DNA of 33,221 bases from Spirochaetota bacterium (lineage in GTDB: Bacteria > Spirochaetota > GWE2-31-10 > JAFGQB01). Shown in pieces: positions 1 through 9,254 of the stretch. The notes beneath the pieces are model-generated. The model saw only the letters and a program-made list of their open reading frames with translations. It was not told the DNA's origin and ran no database searches. Both the position numbers and the translations under genes were made by a program. The stretch spans positions 1-33,221 of the forward strand of contig JBJKSS010000446.1 of the NCBI GenBank assembly GCA_046703745.1, written 5' to 3'. How positions within the stretch are numbered: position 1 is the stretch's first letter; each line of letters opens with the position of its first letter.

Positions 1-41
1 AAATGGACGGGCATGACACCGGGGGAATATCATAAATTCAA
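1..41 (+). repeat. Left copy of the 41-nt direct repeat (AraC gene tail) bounding the AT-rich island
   Basis: aaatggacgggcatgacaccgggggaatatcaTaaattcaa versus 14845-14885 aaatggacgggcatgacaccgggggaatatcaGaaattcaa. The repeat may extend upstream beyond the window edge. Confidence 0.85.
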
Positions 42-48
42 ACAATAA
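1..48 (+). CDS. 3' end of an AraC/XylS-family transcriptional regulator gene (partial; continues upstream of the window)
   Basis: Frame 1 reads KWTGMTPGEYHKFKQ*. This is the same HTH tail as the ORF at 14593..14898 (KKWTGMTPGEYQKFNRQV*). Nt 1-41 equal 14845-14885 except for one base. Confidence 0.7.
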   Translation, partial: KWTGMTPGEYHKFKQ

Positions 49-252
49 TTTTAAGTAATCTATGGTAATCAAAATAAATCACATAAATTATTTGTGTTTA
101 ATAATAAAATATCAATCACATATAAAACATGTTTTAGTGATTGTGTAGAGATCCGTCTTTCATTAGGCATGTTTTTTATGTTTTTGTTGGATTTTTTCAT
201 GTTTTTGGGTTAATATCAGCATGGTATAAAAATTATATTTTCAGGATCATTC

Positions 253-2676
253 ATGACAACGAAGAAAAAAGACCTGCCCTTAAACATCGGGCTGGTTTTG
301 GGAGAACTGGATGAGACATATCACAATTTAATCTGGCCTAATTTTGTAAAAATAACAAAAAATTTGAATATAAATCTTTTTTTGATAGTAGGCAGACAGC
401 TTGACTATTCGTTATATGACGAGAAAGAGCAGAATATAATTTACAACTTAATTGATAAAAAAATATTTAACGGATTAATTTTATTTTCCGGTTCTTTGGG
501 ACATTTTATTGATTATAAAGAATTGGAAATTTTCATGGAGAGATTTAAAGACATTCCTGCAGTAGGGATCAATGAAAACATAAAGGGAATTCCCAGTGTT
601 TTAATGAATAGCAAAAAAGGGGAAGAAGAACTGCTGGAGCATTTAATCCATGAGCATGGATATTTAAATTTTGCTTTTATCAGGGGGCCTGAAGGTCATC
701 AAGCAGCTATTGCCAGGTATGATGTCTTTATGGAAACATTAAGAAAATATCATATTCCGCTCGACAATACCCTAGTCTCTACTCCTGGAAATTTTCTTAT
801 GAATTCAGGTGAAAGTGCAGTTAAAGAATTTTTAAGCACAGACAAAAAAATCGATGTGATTGTTTCTGCAAATGATGAAATGGCCATTGGTGCAATCAAT
901 GAATTGAATCGGAACGGCATCAAGGTTCCGGACGATATTGCTGTAGTCGGGTTTGATAATACCGATGAAGCCATTTTTTTTTCGCCGCCGTTAACTACAG
1001 TTAAACAACCGTATTATGAATTGTGCAAGAAAGCGATTGATTTGCTTATGCGTATTATTACCGGGCAAGATATTCCTCAAAATATTGAGGTTCATACAAA
1101 ACTTGAAATTAAACGTTCCTGCGGCTGCGATTATCCCGGCATAAAAAAAATAAAAATGATCAAGGCCATGCAAAATTTATCCCTCCCGGTAGAATATTCT
1201 GCTCTTGTAGAAAACAAAAGTCAGATCATTAATGAGACCCTTGAAATGTCAAATATATCAAGTTACTTGAAACAACAGGTTAGTGACTGGTTTGAAAAAA
1301 TAATCGATGAAATTACTGTCAAAATGAAAAACAAAAATGAAATGAATTTCCTTCTTTATTCATTTATTAATTTCCCGGAAAATATAATTTTTGATTTTTA
1401 TGATTATGAAATACTAAAAGAAATTCTGGATATTTTTATTTCTAATTGTTCAAGATATTTGCATAATCCTGAAGACAAAAAAGCTCTGGTAAATATGCAG
1501 AAAATCGGAAATATTTTGATTGATGAGACAATGAGTCAGAATAAGGCGCTGGAAAGCGTACATTTTAGGAAAAATTCCAAAAAACTCCAGAAAACGAGCC
1601 AATATTTTATTACTTCTTTAAATATTGAAATGCTTACTCGAAGGCTTGCAGAAGAACTTCCACAAATTGGTATTAATAGTTGTTATATCATTCTCTATGA
1701 AAGCAGGGTAGTAAGAAAATCAAAATATGACTGGAGTATTCCACAAAATTCACGTCTCATTTTTGCTTTAGAATCAGGTAAAAATATCAATCTTGATCCG
1801 AATGAGGTAAGATTCAATACTTACGAATTATTACCCGATAAGTTTTTTAAGCAAACAGAAAATATGAATATGATATTAATGCCATTACTATATAAAAATG
1901 AACACTTTGGCTTTATCCTTTTTGAGTTGGGTTCCATAAGAAATCTAATGTATGAGACAATCAGGGCTCAAATCAGTACTACTATTAAAAAAGTTAAGGA
2001 CCACGAGGAAGATAAATATTCTGCATTGGGAATGCTTTTTGGCGGAATCTCTCATGAAATACTCAATCCTTTGGGAGGAGTTTTTGCTCCACTGGAAAAT
2101 TTAAAAATCTGCCTCGAAGAAAGCAATATTAATAATCACGATAAAATCAGTACTTACATAGACAGAATGGAAAACAATCTATTAAGAATAGAAAACCTGA
2201 TCAAAGGATTGCGCACCTTATATCATGACCGGGTGCTTATAAAATCGGAGATAAATCTTTTAGAGGCTGTGAATATTGCAGCAGACAATATAAAAAATGC
2301 GTTGAAGCCATTGATCGAACTAAAACTGAATATTCCCGCAGATACTTATGTAATGGCTAACCACCAGGCACTTGTTATTATTGTTCAAAATTTATTAAAA
2401 AACGCCAATGATGCAATCCCCAAATCAGGTTGTATTGAAATTAATTATAAAACAAAAAGTAATTTTAAATACCTTGTAATAAAAGATAATGGAATCGGGA
2501 TAGAGAATAGCAGGCTCAATGATATTTTTAATGCATTTTATACAACAAAAGAAGTGGGGAAAGGCACAGGTCTGGGCCTGTACCTGGTAAAAGATCTCGT
2601 ATTGAGAATGAACTGGGAAATAAACGTAACCTCAGCAGTAAATCATGGGTCAGAATTTATTTTGGTGATTAAATAA
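253..2676 (+). CDS. Soluble hybrid sensor histidine kinase: LacI/PBP1-type sugar-binding domain, GAF-like middle region, HisKA/HATPase_c
   Basis: 807-aa ORF with AGGA about 7 nt upstream of the ATG. The N-terminal ~290 aa carry the LacI-family ligand-binding signature (VSANDEMAIGAINELNRNGIKVPDDIAVVGFDN...PPLTTVKQP). There is no LacI HTH and no obvious TM or signal segment. The C-terminus has H-box GGISHEILNPLGG, N-box NLLKNANDAI, G1 IKDNGIGI, and F/G2 FNAFYTTK..GKGTGLGLYLV. Confidence 0.85.
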   Translation: MTTKKKDLPLNIGLVLGELDETYHNLIWPNFVKITKNLNINLFLIVGRQLDYSLYDEKEQNIIYNLIDKKIFNGLILFSGSLGHFIDYKELEIFMERFKDIPAVGINENIKGIPSVLMNSKKGEEELLEHLIHEHGYLNFAFIRGPEGHQAAIARYDVFMETLRKYHIPLDNTLVSTPGNFLMNSGESAVKEFLSTDKKIDVIVSANDEMAIGAINELNRNGIKVPDDIAVVGFDNTDEAIFFSPPLTTVKQPYYELCKKAIDLLMRIITGQDIPQNIEVHTKLEIKRSCGCDYPGIKKIKMIKAMQNLSLPVEYSALVENKSQIINETLEMSNISSYLKQQVSDWFEKIIDEITVKMKNKNEMNFLLYSFINFPENIIFDFYDYEILKEILDIFISNCSRYLHNPEDKKALVNMQKIGNILIDETMSQNKALESVHFRKNSKKLQKTSQYFITSLNIEMLTRRLAEELPQIGINSCYIILYESRVVRKSKYDWSIPQNSRLIFALESGKNINLDPNEVRFNTYELLPDKFFKQTENMNMILMPLLYKNEHFGFILFELGSIRNLMYETIRAQISTTIKKVKDHEEDKYSALGMLFGGISHEILNPLGGVFAPLENLKICLEESNINNHDKISTYIDRMENNLLRIENLIKGLRTLYHDRVLIKSEINLLEAVNIAADNIKNALKPLIELKLNIPADTYVMANHQALVIIVQNLLKNANDAIPKSGCIEINYKTKSNFKYLVIKDNGIGIENSRLNDIFNAFYTTKEVGKGTGLGLYLVKDLVLRMNWEINVTSAVNHGSEFILVIK

Positions 2677-2682
2677 AGCCGA

Positions 2683-4071
2683 TTATTTGTACTTATAAAA
2701 TTGATCCTTTTTTATTTTGGTACTTTTTACGGCTTCTGTTACATTCCCGTGAAAATGGTTTAATATTTCCTTTATGACAGATGCCTTGATGTCGGAAAGT
2801 GTTAGCTTTTTATTTATCATGCTGTCCTTAATTATTCTAATAACATCGCTAAACGGCTGATCATCCTCCTCCATTCCTTCCAGCAAAAATTCTATATTTT
2901 CCAGCTTTATTTCATTTTCATTCTTAGACCGGATAACTATTTGCCTGATTATGTTTTCCATCTCTCGTATATTACCCGGCCATTTATAGTTTGTTAACCT
3001 GTGTATAACCAAATCACTAATGCCGGGCTCTTCGATTCCATATTTGTCAGAATGTTTTTTTATAAAATGCTTTAATAAATCAGGAATATCCTGGCGTCTT
3101 TCTCTAAGCGATGGCAAATTTATTGGAAATTCACCAATACGATAAAATAAATCCTTACGAAATAATTTTTCATGAACAGCATTTTTTAAATTGACATTGG
3201 TCGCACAGATTAAATGAAAATCCACATCCATAGGTACAGTGTCACCCAGGCGGTAAACTTTTTTTTCCTGAATAACCCTGAGAAGTTTTGCCTGTAAGTC
3301 CGGTTTTAATTCACCTATTTCATCCAGAAATAAAGTGCCGTTGTTTGCCAGCTCAATTTTCCCCGGCTTATCAACTCTGGCATCTGTAAAAGCTCCCTTT
3401 TTATAGCCAAACAATTCACTTTCAAATAATGAATCCGGAACAGCTGCACAGTTTATTTTTATAAATGGTTGATTTTTTCTCTCGCTAAGATCGTGGATTA
3501 ATTTGGCAGCTAATTCCTTTCCTGTGCCTGTTTCACCGGTAATCAGAACATTGGCAAATCTTTCTGAAACCAATTGAATATTATCAAAAACTGCTTTAAG
3601 CCCCTTATCCAGCCCGATAATATCATACTGATATCCTAACTGTTGCTTTAATACTTCATACTTATATGTGGACAAATTAAACTCATTATCCTTCTTTATG
3701 TCGCTTTTACAGGCTGCTACAGCTTTATCTATGGCATATTTTAAAATTTTTAATTTCAATGGCTTTTCAACAATTTTATCAATCAAACCCCTGTTAATTA
3801 CTGTTTCTAAAAGTGGTTTGTCTATGTATGCACTAAAAAGAATACCGTAATTATAGGCGTTTATTTTTTTTGCTTCAATCAATAACTCCAGCCCTGATAA
3901 CCCTGGCATTTTATAGTCAACAATTAATATTTCATAATTTTTTTTTCGGAGTTCGTTCAGTGCATCAGCAGGGGAAGAAAATGTAGTTAAACTGAATGAT
4001 TTAAAATATTCTTCTATATCCAGCAGAAGAGATTTTTCATCATCAACAACCATTATATTAATATCTTTCAT
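2683..4071 (-). CDS. Sigma-54-dependent response regulator (NtrC family: REC, AAA+ sigma-54 interaction domain, Fis-type HTH)
   Basis: REC domain: IMVVDDEKS...DYKMPGLSGLELL. Walker A: ITGETGTGKELAA. GAFTGA-loop variant: KKGAFTDA. Also FLDEIGEL, RVIQEKKVYRLGD, LFYRI and LPSLRERRQDIPDL. C-terminal HTH: GNVTEAVKSTKIKKDQFYKY. Convergent with the kinase, with a 6-nt gap. Confidence 0.9.
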   Translation of the reverse strand: MKDINIMVVDDEKSLLLDIEEYFKSFSLTTFSSPADALNELRKKNYEILIVDYKMPGLSGLELLIEAKKINAYNYGILFSAYIDKPLLETVINRGLIDKIVEKPLKLKILKYAIDKAVAACKSDIKKDNEFNLSTYKYEVLKQQLGYQYDIIGLDKGLKAVFDNIQLVSERFANVLITGETGTGKELAAKLIHDLSERKNQPFIKINCAAVPDSLFESELFGYKKGAFTDARVDKPGKIELANNGTLFLDEIGELKPDLQAKLLRVIQEKKVYRLGDTVPMDVDFHLICATNVNLKNAVHEKLFRKDLFYRIGEFPINLPSLRERRQDIPDLLKHFIKKHSDKYGIEEPGISDLVIHRLTNYKWPGNIREMENIIRQIVIRSKNENEIKLENIEFLLEGMEEDDQPFSDVIRIIKDSMINKKLTLSDIKASVIKEILNHFHGNVTEAVKSTKIKKDQFYKYK

Positions 4072-4293
4072 ACAATATTCGCCCTAAAATTGAAAAAAGA
4101 TAGTTAAATACCTTGTGGTTATCTAAAAAAAAATTTTAAGATAGGCACAGCATGCTGCATTATTTTCATTCAATCTTTTAAAAAGCGTTTCATTATTCAT
4201 TAATTAATTTTATTTATATATCATATTTATAATAATTATATAACAAAAATAATTAACTATTTTCTAAAAAATAGAAATTATTGTCTAATTTTT

Positions 4294-4322
4294 AGATATT
4301 TTCTATCAGTCAGAAAATATCT
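4294..4322. promoter_or_regulatory. Perfect 11-bp inverted repeat (AGATATTTTCT-N7-AGAAAATATCT); candidate enhancer (UAS) for the NtrC-type activator
   Basis: Read directly from the sequence. It lies about 75-100 bp upstream of the -24/-12 element, the usual distance for bEBP binding sites. Confidence 0.4.
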
Positions 4323-4396
4323 GCCCGCCTGTCCCATGTATGTATTTTATTATATTTCCATGAGTTATGTTCGTTTTTAATTGTTTAATTTTTTTG

Positions 4397-4412
4397 TGGC
4401 ACAATTATTGCT
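4397..4412 (+). promoter_or_regulatory. Sigma-54 (-24/-12) promoter facing the biosynthetic operon
   Basis: TGGCACAATTATTGCT fits the consensus TGGCAC-N5-TTGCW exactly, with GG and GC correctly spaced. It sits in the spacer between the divergent activator gene and the operon. The predicted transcription start is near 4423, giving a ~255-nt leader. Confidence 0.75.
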
Positions 4413-4677
4413 CAACAGGAGTCGGATATAAGAATAAGATATAGATAAATTTTTGTTTCATTTGTCAGTTGTTTCTGGCAGCAAAAACTATCATATCGTT
4501 TTTAGTACATTCTTTCAGAATAAATAATTTATTAATGCAGGGGAAAAATGAGCAAAGACAAATTGGGCTGCTTTGGAAATTCAGGATAAAGTTGTTTTGT
4601 TTTGCAAAAAAATTTTATAGGCGCTATTACAAACTATCTCATATTGATTAGAATTAAACAAAGACAAGGACATTATT

Positions 4678-6054
4678 ATGCAAGGGGAATGCAGGGAGTA
4701 TCCATTATTTCCGTCACAAAAGAGGATTCTAAAAAATATTAATCCTCCTCATCACTGGAATATATCATATATGTTGTTTTTGAAAAGCAGATACAACGCA
4801 TCTGTTTTAAAAAAGGTTTTAGATGATATTGTTGGCAGACATGAAGTTTTTAAATTGCGGTTCATTAAGAAAGGGAATAATTTTGTACAACAGTTTGACC
4901 CGGCACGCACGAATAATTATATTTTTATTGAAACAGAAGTAACTGAAAGTAATAATCAAGAGAAAATCATTCATGATATCATGGAGAGCGTACAGGAATC
5001 TATTAATATTTTTGACGGTCCTTTACTCAGTGTTGGCTTGATTAAAACAGGCATGGGCGATCATCTTTACGTTGTGGTACATCATCTCATTTCGGATGCT
5101 TATTCCTTCAAATTGCTTATATATGATCTGATTTATGGTTATATGGAATTATTAAAAAATAATAAAAAATATACTCCTCCGAAAACTGATTCATTCATTG
5201 AAGCAATTGAAAACCTTTATGCATATTCCAACGGCAAGTTGATTGACGAAGAGGTTAAGTACTGGAAAAAAGTGCTGGGCACGAAATCGAAAGAGCTGCC
5301 CATGGATAATAAAATCACAAGAGAACAAAAAACAGAAATATATAATTCGAATATCAACGAAGCATTATTGGATGAGAAAAAATATGAAGAACTGAAAAAT
5401 ATTTTAAAAAAATTTAAAATCAGTGAATATGAATTTTATTTGTCAATTTTAGGATTAAGCATCTGTGACTGGAAAAAAGATACCACTGCTTTTGTAAAGC
5501 TGGCTTATCATGGCAGAAGTAATTTTAATGGAAGATTGAATTTACACAGGACCCTCGGGCCTTTCTGGGTAACATATCCTGTTGTTTTGGATACAGTAAA
5601 CAGGGATAATACCATCGAAAGAGTCAGAGTAATAAAAGATATGCTGGAAAATATTCCTGGCAAAGGGCGTGGGTATGAAGTTTTAAAGGAAATACTTCTG
5701 GAAAATGATAGGGAATTCATCGAGCTTGACACTACTGTACCCAATATACTATTCAATTATTACGGCAAAATGAATGAAAAAACTCTAATTGATCCGGAGT
5801 TTGGCAATCTGTCCCCGTATTTTCAGGATTTCAACAGGCACAAAAAAGCTCATTGTGACTTTACTCTTATATTTAATTTAAGGGAAATAGATAACTGTCT
5901 AAGATTGCAACTAATTTATAATAAAATTGAATTTAGCGATGATAATATGAATGTTCTGTTTAACTGTTTTCAGAACAATTTATATATATCAATAAATGAA
6001 TTAAAGAATAAATATTTGGATTTAACCCAAATTGTGCTTAAAACCCCGGGTTAA
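4678..6054 (+). CDS. Stand-alone NRPS condensation-superfamily protein, epimerization (E)-domain-like
   Basis: AAGGA lies 8 nt upstream of the ATG. Motifs line up with the GrsA E domain as I recall it. HHWNISYMLF matches HHWNQSYMLY. VVHHLISDAYSFKLL matches HHLVVDGISWRIL. AYHGRS...RTLGPFWVTYPVVLD matches EGHGRE...RTVGWFTSQYPVVLD. IPGKGRGYE matches IPNKGIGYE, and ILFNYYGK matches INFNYLGQ. Confidence 0.85.
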   Translation: MQGECREYPLFPSQKRILKNINPPHHWNISYMLFLKSRYNASVLKKVLDDIVGRHEVFKLRFIKKGNNFVQQFDPARTNNYIFIETEVTESNNQEKIIHDIMESVQESINIFDGPLLSVGLIKTGMGDHLYVVVHHLISDAYSFKLLIYDLIYGYMELLKNNKKYTPPKTDSFIEAIENLYAYSNGKLIDEEVKYWKKVLGTKSKELPMDNKITREQKTEIYNSNINEALLDEKKYEELKNILKKFKISEYEFYLSILGLSICDWKKDTTAFVKLAYHGRSNFNGRLNLHRTLGPFWVTYPVVLDTVNRDNTIERVRVIKDMLENIPGKGRGYEVLKEILLENDREFIELDTTVPNILFNYYGKMNEKTLIDPEFGNLSPYFQDFNRHKKAHCDFTLIFNLREIDNCLRLQLIYNKIEFSDDNMNVLFNCFQNNLYISINELKNKYLDLTQIVLKTPG

Positions 6055-6193
6055 TTTTAATAAAGCATTGCAAGATTAAATCGGGGTATTTTATAGTGAT
6101 GGCAAACGCATAGTAGTTTTGTCATTATAACTGCATGAATGACTTGTTTGTTGCCTGTTGTTAAAAATATATTAGTGAGGGGCATAATATTAA

Positions 6194-7267
6194 ATGACTA
6201 TTGCATCATTTCCTAAAATGGATGACGGATCCCGTAATCCATATCTGTTTTTGCTAAAAAACAGCTTAGAAAAAAACAAGCTGAAGATTGAGTCTTCCAA
6301 TCCAAATCATTTGTCATTTAAATGGCTAATCAAAAACAGGAAAAAAGTAAGCATATTACATTTGCACTGGATACAATATCATTACATCAATATAGATAAA
6401 AAACGACTTTCAGTCAGGCTGTTATTAAATTTTATTTTAAATCTATTTGTTGCACGTATAATGAGTTATAAAATAGTTTGGACCATGCATAATGTTCATC
6501 CGCATGAAAACAAGTACCCTGTAATTGATTTTTTAATCAGATTAGTGCTGACCAAATTAACAAATGCTATCATAACTCACTGTAATTATGGGAAAGAATA
6601 TCTTTTGAAAAAATATAAACGAAAGGAAAATGTTGCTGTTATACATCATCCTAATTATATTAACGTTTATCCGGATCGGATATCCAGGGAGAGTGCCAGA
6701 CAAAAGTTGGGAATCCCACTCGGGAGTTTGGTATTTTTATTTCTGGGGGAAATTCGAAATTATAAAGGGCTAAATTCTCTCATTGAGACATTCAAAGCAT
6801 ATAAAAATAATAATTCACATTTGATAATTGCAGGGCATCCGCTTTTTTCGTGGACAGAAAACGAATTGGTTAAACTGATTAATAATGATAGACGAATCAT
6901 CGCCAATTTTATGTTTATTCCCGATAATGATTTACAAGTTTATTTTAAAGCCTCTGATGTTATGATACTCCCATTCACAAATATCACAATGTCAGGATCG
7001 TTGTTACTTGGAATGTCTTTTGGTAAGCCGATTGTTGCACCGGCTATTGGCGGCATTAATGAATACATAAAGGATGATTCAGGTATTTTATATTATCCGG
7101 GAGACACAAAAAATCTTCTTGAGGCTTTACAAAAATGTGAAAATCAAGACCTGTCCGGCATGGGTTATAACGGGTATCAATCCGTGAAAAATTATACATG
7201 GGATAATTTGGCTGAAAAAATAATCCAGATTTATACATCATTTATGAAAGAGAAAAAAACGATATGA
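6194..7267 (+). CDS. Glycosyltransferase, GT-B fold (GT4 / group 1 family)
   Basis: 357 aa. The C-terminal half is typical of group-1 GTs (FLFLGEIRNYKGLNSLIETF, ASDVMILPF...SGSLLLGMSFGKPIVAPAIGGINEYI). The N-terminal half has the HLHW / VWTMHNVHPHE pattern common in polysaccharide GTs. Confidence 0.75.
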   Translation: MTIASFPKMDDGSRNPYLFLLKNSLEKNKLKIESSNPNHLSFKWLIKNRKKVSILHLHWIQYHYINIDKKRLSVRLLLNFILNLFVARIMSYKIVWTMHNVHPHENKYPVIDFLIRLVLTKLTNAIITHCNYGKEYLLKKYKRKENVAVIHHPNYINVYPDRISRESARQKLGIPLGSLVFLFLGEIRNYKGLNSLIETFKAYKNNNSHLIIAGHPLFSWTENELVKLINNDRRIIANFMFIPDNDLQVYFKASDVMILPFTNITMSGSLLLGMSFGKPIVAPAIGGINEYIKDDSGILYYPGDTKNLLEALQKCENQDLSGMGYNGYQSVKNYTWDNLAEKIIQIYTSFMKEKKTI

Positions 7268-8415
7268 AAATTGCATTGGTTAGCAGGTATTATAATAAAC
7301 ATCAGGGTATTCCGCATGATGTTGTAGAATTAGCAGAAAGATTTGTGAAAAAACATGAAGTCCATGTTTTTTCACAGACATGGCAGTGTGGAGGCGGTAC
7401 GAATATCATCTTCCATAAAATACCTGCGATTGCACCGAAGAGCTTTATTAATGAGCTTTTCTTCTTTTTTATGGCGGGCATAATCCTTAGAAAACATAAG
7501 TTTGATGTGGTCAATTTTCATGACCCATGCTGGTACCCAGGTGGAATTTTTACCTGTCATGCTTTCCCTGAAGCAGGCATTAAAATCATAAAGGAATTTA
7601 ATAAAAAAATAAACATGGGCATTAATCCCCTTTTATTCCTGCCGTTTACACTTTTATATCCCATATCAAACTTTAATATGAAATCAAGTAAAGTCAAAAA
7701 AATAATTTCTGTCTCCAGCTTCATAAAAGAAAAGATCAAAGAAATATTACACAGATCAGAGAATACGATTGAGGTTATTCCAAACGGCATTGATATTGCC
7801 AGATTTAACCCTGGTATAAAAAGAATATATAAATCAGACATTATGAAAAAGCACAATTTGAAAGATAGTGACTTTATCATATTGTTTGTTGGATATTATC
7901 ATTTGAGAAAAGGGTTACATCTTTTGATTCAGGCCATGTCTTTGATAAAAAATAAAAACGCAAAAGTGCTGGTTGTAGGTGATGATGATTTCGGCAAGAA
8001 ATATATTCATTCTATTATCAGAGAGCATGGGCTGGAAAACAGGATAATATATGCCGGAGATCAGCCTGAAGTTTACCGGTATTTTTCTGTAGGAAATCTG
8101 CTTGCCCTGCCGACTCTTTACGAGCCTTTTGGAAATGTTGTTTTAGAAGCCATGGCATGCGGATTGCCTGCTATTGTTTCAAAATTGGCGGGAGTCTCGG
8201 ATTTGATAGAGGATGGTAAAAATGGATTTTTAATTAATGATCCAGCCAATACAAAAGAAATCGCGCTAAAAATACAAACCATAATGGATAATAAAAATCG
8301 ATACAAACAAATTGCTGATAATGCATGCAGCACTGCTCAAAAGTATACATGGGATATCATAGCAGTGCAAACACTTTTACTCTTTGAAAAAACAGTATCC
8401 AGAAAAAATAAATAA
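7264..8415 (+). CDS. Glycosyltransferase family 4 (group 1)
   Basis: ATGA overlap with the upstream gene indicates translational coupling. It has the classical GT4 EX7E region YEPFGNVVLEAMACGLPAIVSKLAGVSDLIEDGKNGFL. Confidence 0.85.
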   Translation: MKIALVSRYYNKHQGIPHDVVELAERFVKKHEVHVFSQTWQCGGGTNIIFHKIPAIAPKSFINELFFFFMAGIILRKHKFDVVNFHDPCWYPGGIFTCHAFPEAGIKIIKEFNKKINMGINPLLFLPFTLLYPISNFNMKSSKVKKIISVSSFIKEKIKEILHRSENTIEVIPNGIDIARFNPGIKRIYKSDIMKKHNLKDSDFIILFVGYYHLRKGLHLLIQAMSLIKNKNAKVLVVGDDDFGKKYIHSIIREHGLENRIIYAGDQPEVYRYFSVGNLLALPTLYEPFGNVVLEAMACGLPAIVSKLAGVSDLIEDGKNGFLINDPANTKEIALKIQTIMDNKNRYKQIADNACSTAQKYTWDIIAVQTLLLFEKTVSRKNK

Positions 8416-8488
8416 CCAGAATTTTGATTCACTATCGAGAGTCGAAATTCTGTTAATAATATAAATTTTAAAACAAAGGATGATTTTT

Positions 8489-9214
8489 ATGTCAGACAAC
8501 AAAATATACGAAGAAGTTGAAAAGTACTTCGATAAATGTGCACCACTGTACAGTAAAATTCATATTGATATGCCTTCAATTGATAACTGGCAGTTTGGTA
8601 ATTTGTTTAATGAGATGGATTTAACGAAAACCCCGACAGTACTGGATCTTGGAACAGGAGACGGGAATTTACTTCTTCATATAGGAAAATGGAACAGGGA
8701 ATGCAAATTGATCGGCATTGATCTTTCTGAAAAAATGATTGAAGTGGCAAGGGATAACCTTTTAAAGGAGGGGCTGAGTGCCAGATTTTTAAAGGCAAAT
8801 ATGGAAAAAATCGATCTTGAAACTGATTCCATAGATTATGTAGTCAGTAATGGAGCTCTTCATCATGTAAAGGACAAACAATCGCTGTATTCCGAAATAT
8901 TCAGGGTTTTAAAAAAAGGCGGCAAGCTGATTGTTATTGATGGATTTGATATTCTTGATGATGAGTACAGAAATTTACAAAAAGAACTAAAGGAAAAAGA
9001 TCCGGTTTTCTGGGTAAGCTATATAGATGATAACAACAGGTATCAGGAGTTTCTCAAAAAAGAAACCCCTGCGGATCTTATAGATCATCCCGTTGAATAT
9101 CATTTGTCACCTTTTCAATTAAAGAGGTTATTGGAGGATATTGGTTTCGTAAATGTCAGGATTATAGCAAGTCCTCTCAATTTTGCCATATATATAGGTG
9201 AGAAGTCTGTTTAA
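8489..9214 (+). CDS. Class I SAM-dependent methyltransferase
   Basis: Motif I VLDLGTGDGNL, then GALHHV, then LKKGGKLIVID. The ORF track starts at 8480, but the ATG at 8489 has AAGGA 8 nt upstream, so it is the more likely start. Confidence 0.85.
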   Translation: MSDNKIYEEVEKYFDKCAPLYSKIHIDMPSIDNWQFGNLFNEMDLTKTPTVLDLGTGDGNLLLHIGKWNRECKLIGIDLSEKMIEVARDNLLKEGLSARFLKANMEKIDLETDSIDYVVSNGALHHVKDKQSLYSEIFRVLKKGGKLIVIDGFDILDDEYRNLQKELKEKDPVFWVSYIDDNNRYQEFLKKETPADLIDHPVEYHLSPFQLKRLLEDIGFVNVRIIASPLNFAIYIGEKSV

Positions 9215-9254
9215 AAAATGTGCATATGCATAAAATAGCAGAAGGATAAACTTA

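Noticed and set aside
4548-4589. 13-codon mini-ORF (MSKDKLGCFGNSG) with a GGGGA-type RBS in the same leader; considered as a possible leader or precursor peptide
   Set aside because: It is too short and has no recognisable RiPP-type leader/core or attenuation logic. It cannot be supported from sequence alone and is only worth revisiting if ribosome-profiling data exist.
4469-4651. 60-aa ORF in the leader between the sigma-54 promoter and the first operon gene
   Set aside because: It has a TTG start, no RBS, and a basic, low-complexity, AT-driven sequence. It is most likely untranslated leader.
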